Assembly: GCF_000315625.1 (NCBI RefSeq)
Contig: NW_005434488.1
Coordinates: 43,827-92,162 of the forward strand
Source of the DNA: Guillardia theta CCMP2712
Lineage: Eukaryota; Protista; Cryptophyta
Direction of reading: 5' to 3'
DNA: 48,336 nucleotides
The first letter of the stretch is position 1. Each line of letters begins with the position of its first letter. Under the pieces are notes generated by a model. That model worked only from the letters and a program-made list of their open reading frames with translations, searched no databases and was not told where the DNA came from. Shown piece after piece: positions 48,280 to 48,336 of this stretch. The position numbers and the translations under genes were made by a program.

Positions 48280-48336
48280 CTGTCACCCGCACACTTTTCT
48301 CCTCCTCCTCCTCCTCCTCCTCCTCCTCCTCCTCCT

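Overview
Eukaryotic, intron-rich nuclear DNA with many 45-60 nt GT-AG introns, microsatellite-filled longer introns and three 100-N assembly gaps. The gene content (RWP-RK factors with a VFPR motif, a signal peptide followed by RLRGG) suggests a cryptophyte alga; this is inference. Most of the supplied ORF track is noise from repeats and GC-rich islands, so gene models were rebuilt by hand from splice signals. Genes: (1) a nearly intronless ~2170 aa multi-pass receptor with PAN and C-type lectin ectodomain, ZZ finger, He_PIG Ig repeats, Ser/Thr kinase and a CHAT caspase-like protease with an intact His-Cys dyad, the most striking item; (2) two divergently transcribed RWP-RK transcription factors; (3) a secreted Cys-rich protein; (4) two paralogous small intronless proteins with a shared motif I do not recognise, plus a third small intronless gene; (5) a 1778 aa type I membrane protein with many Sushi/CCP modules and a ZU5-like domain; (6) a 4-RRM protein with a signal peptide and RLRGG presequence; (7) an R2R3-type Myb fused to a divergent bromodomain and a Tudor-like domain; (8) the 3' end of a TPR gene; and several poorly resolved genes. 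Intergenic DNA shows two recurring motif-built classes: GC-rich palindromic-word islands and GTACCC/CACCC clusters upstream of start codons. All domain calls come from motif recognition by eye, with no database searches.
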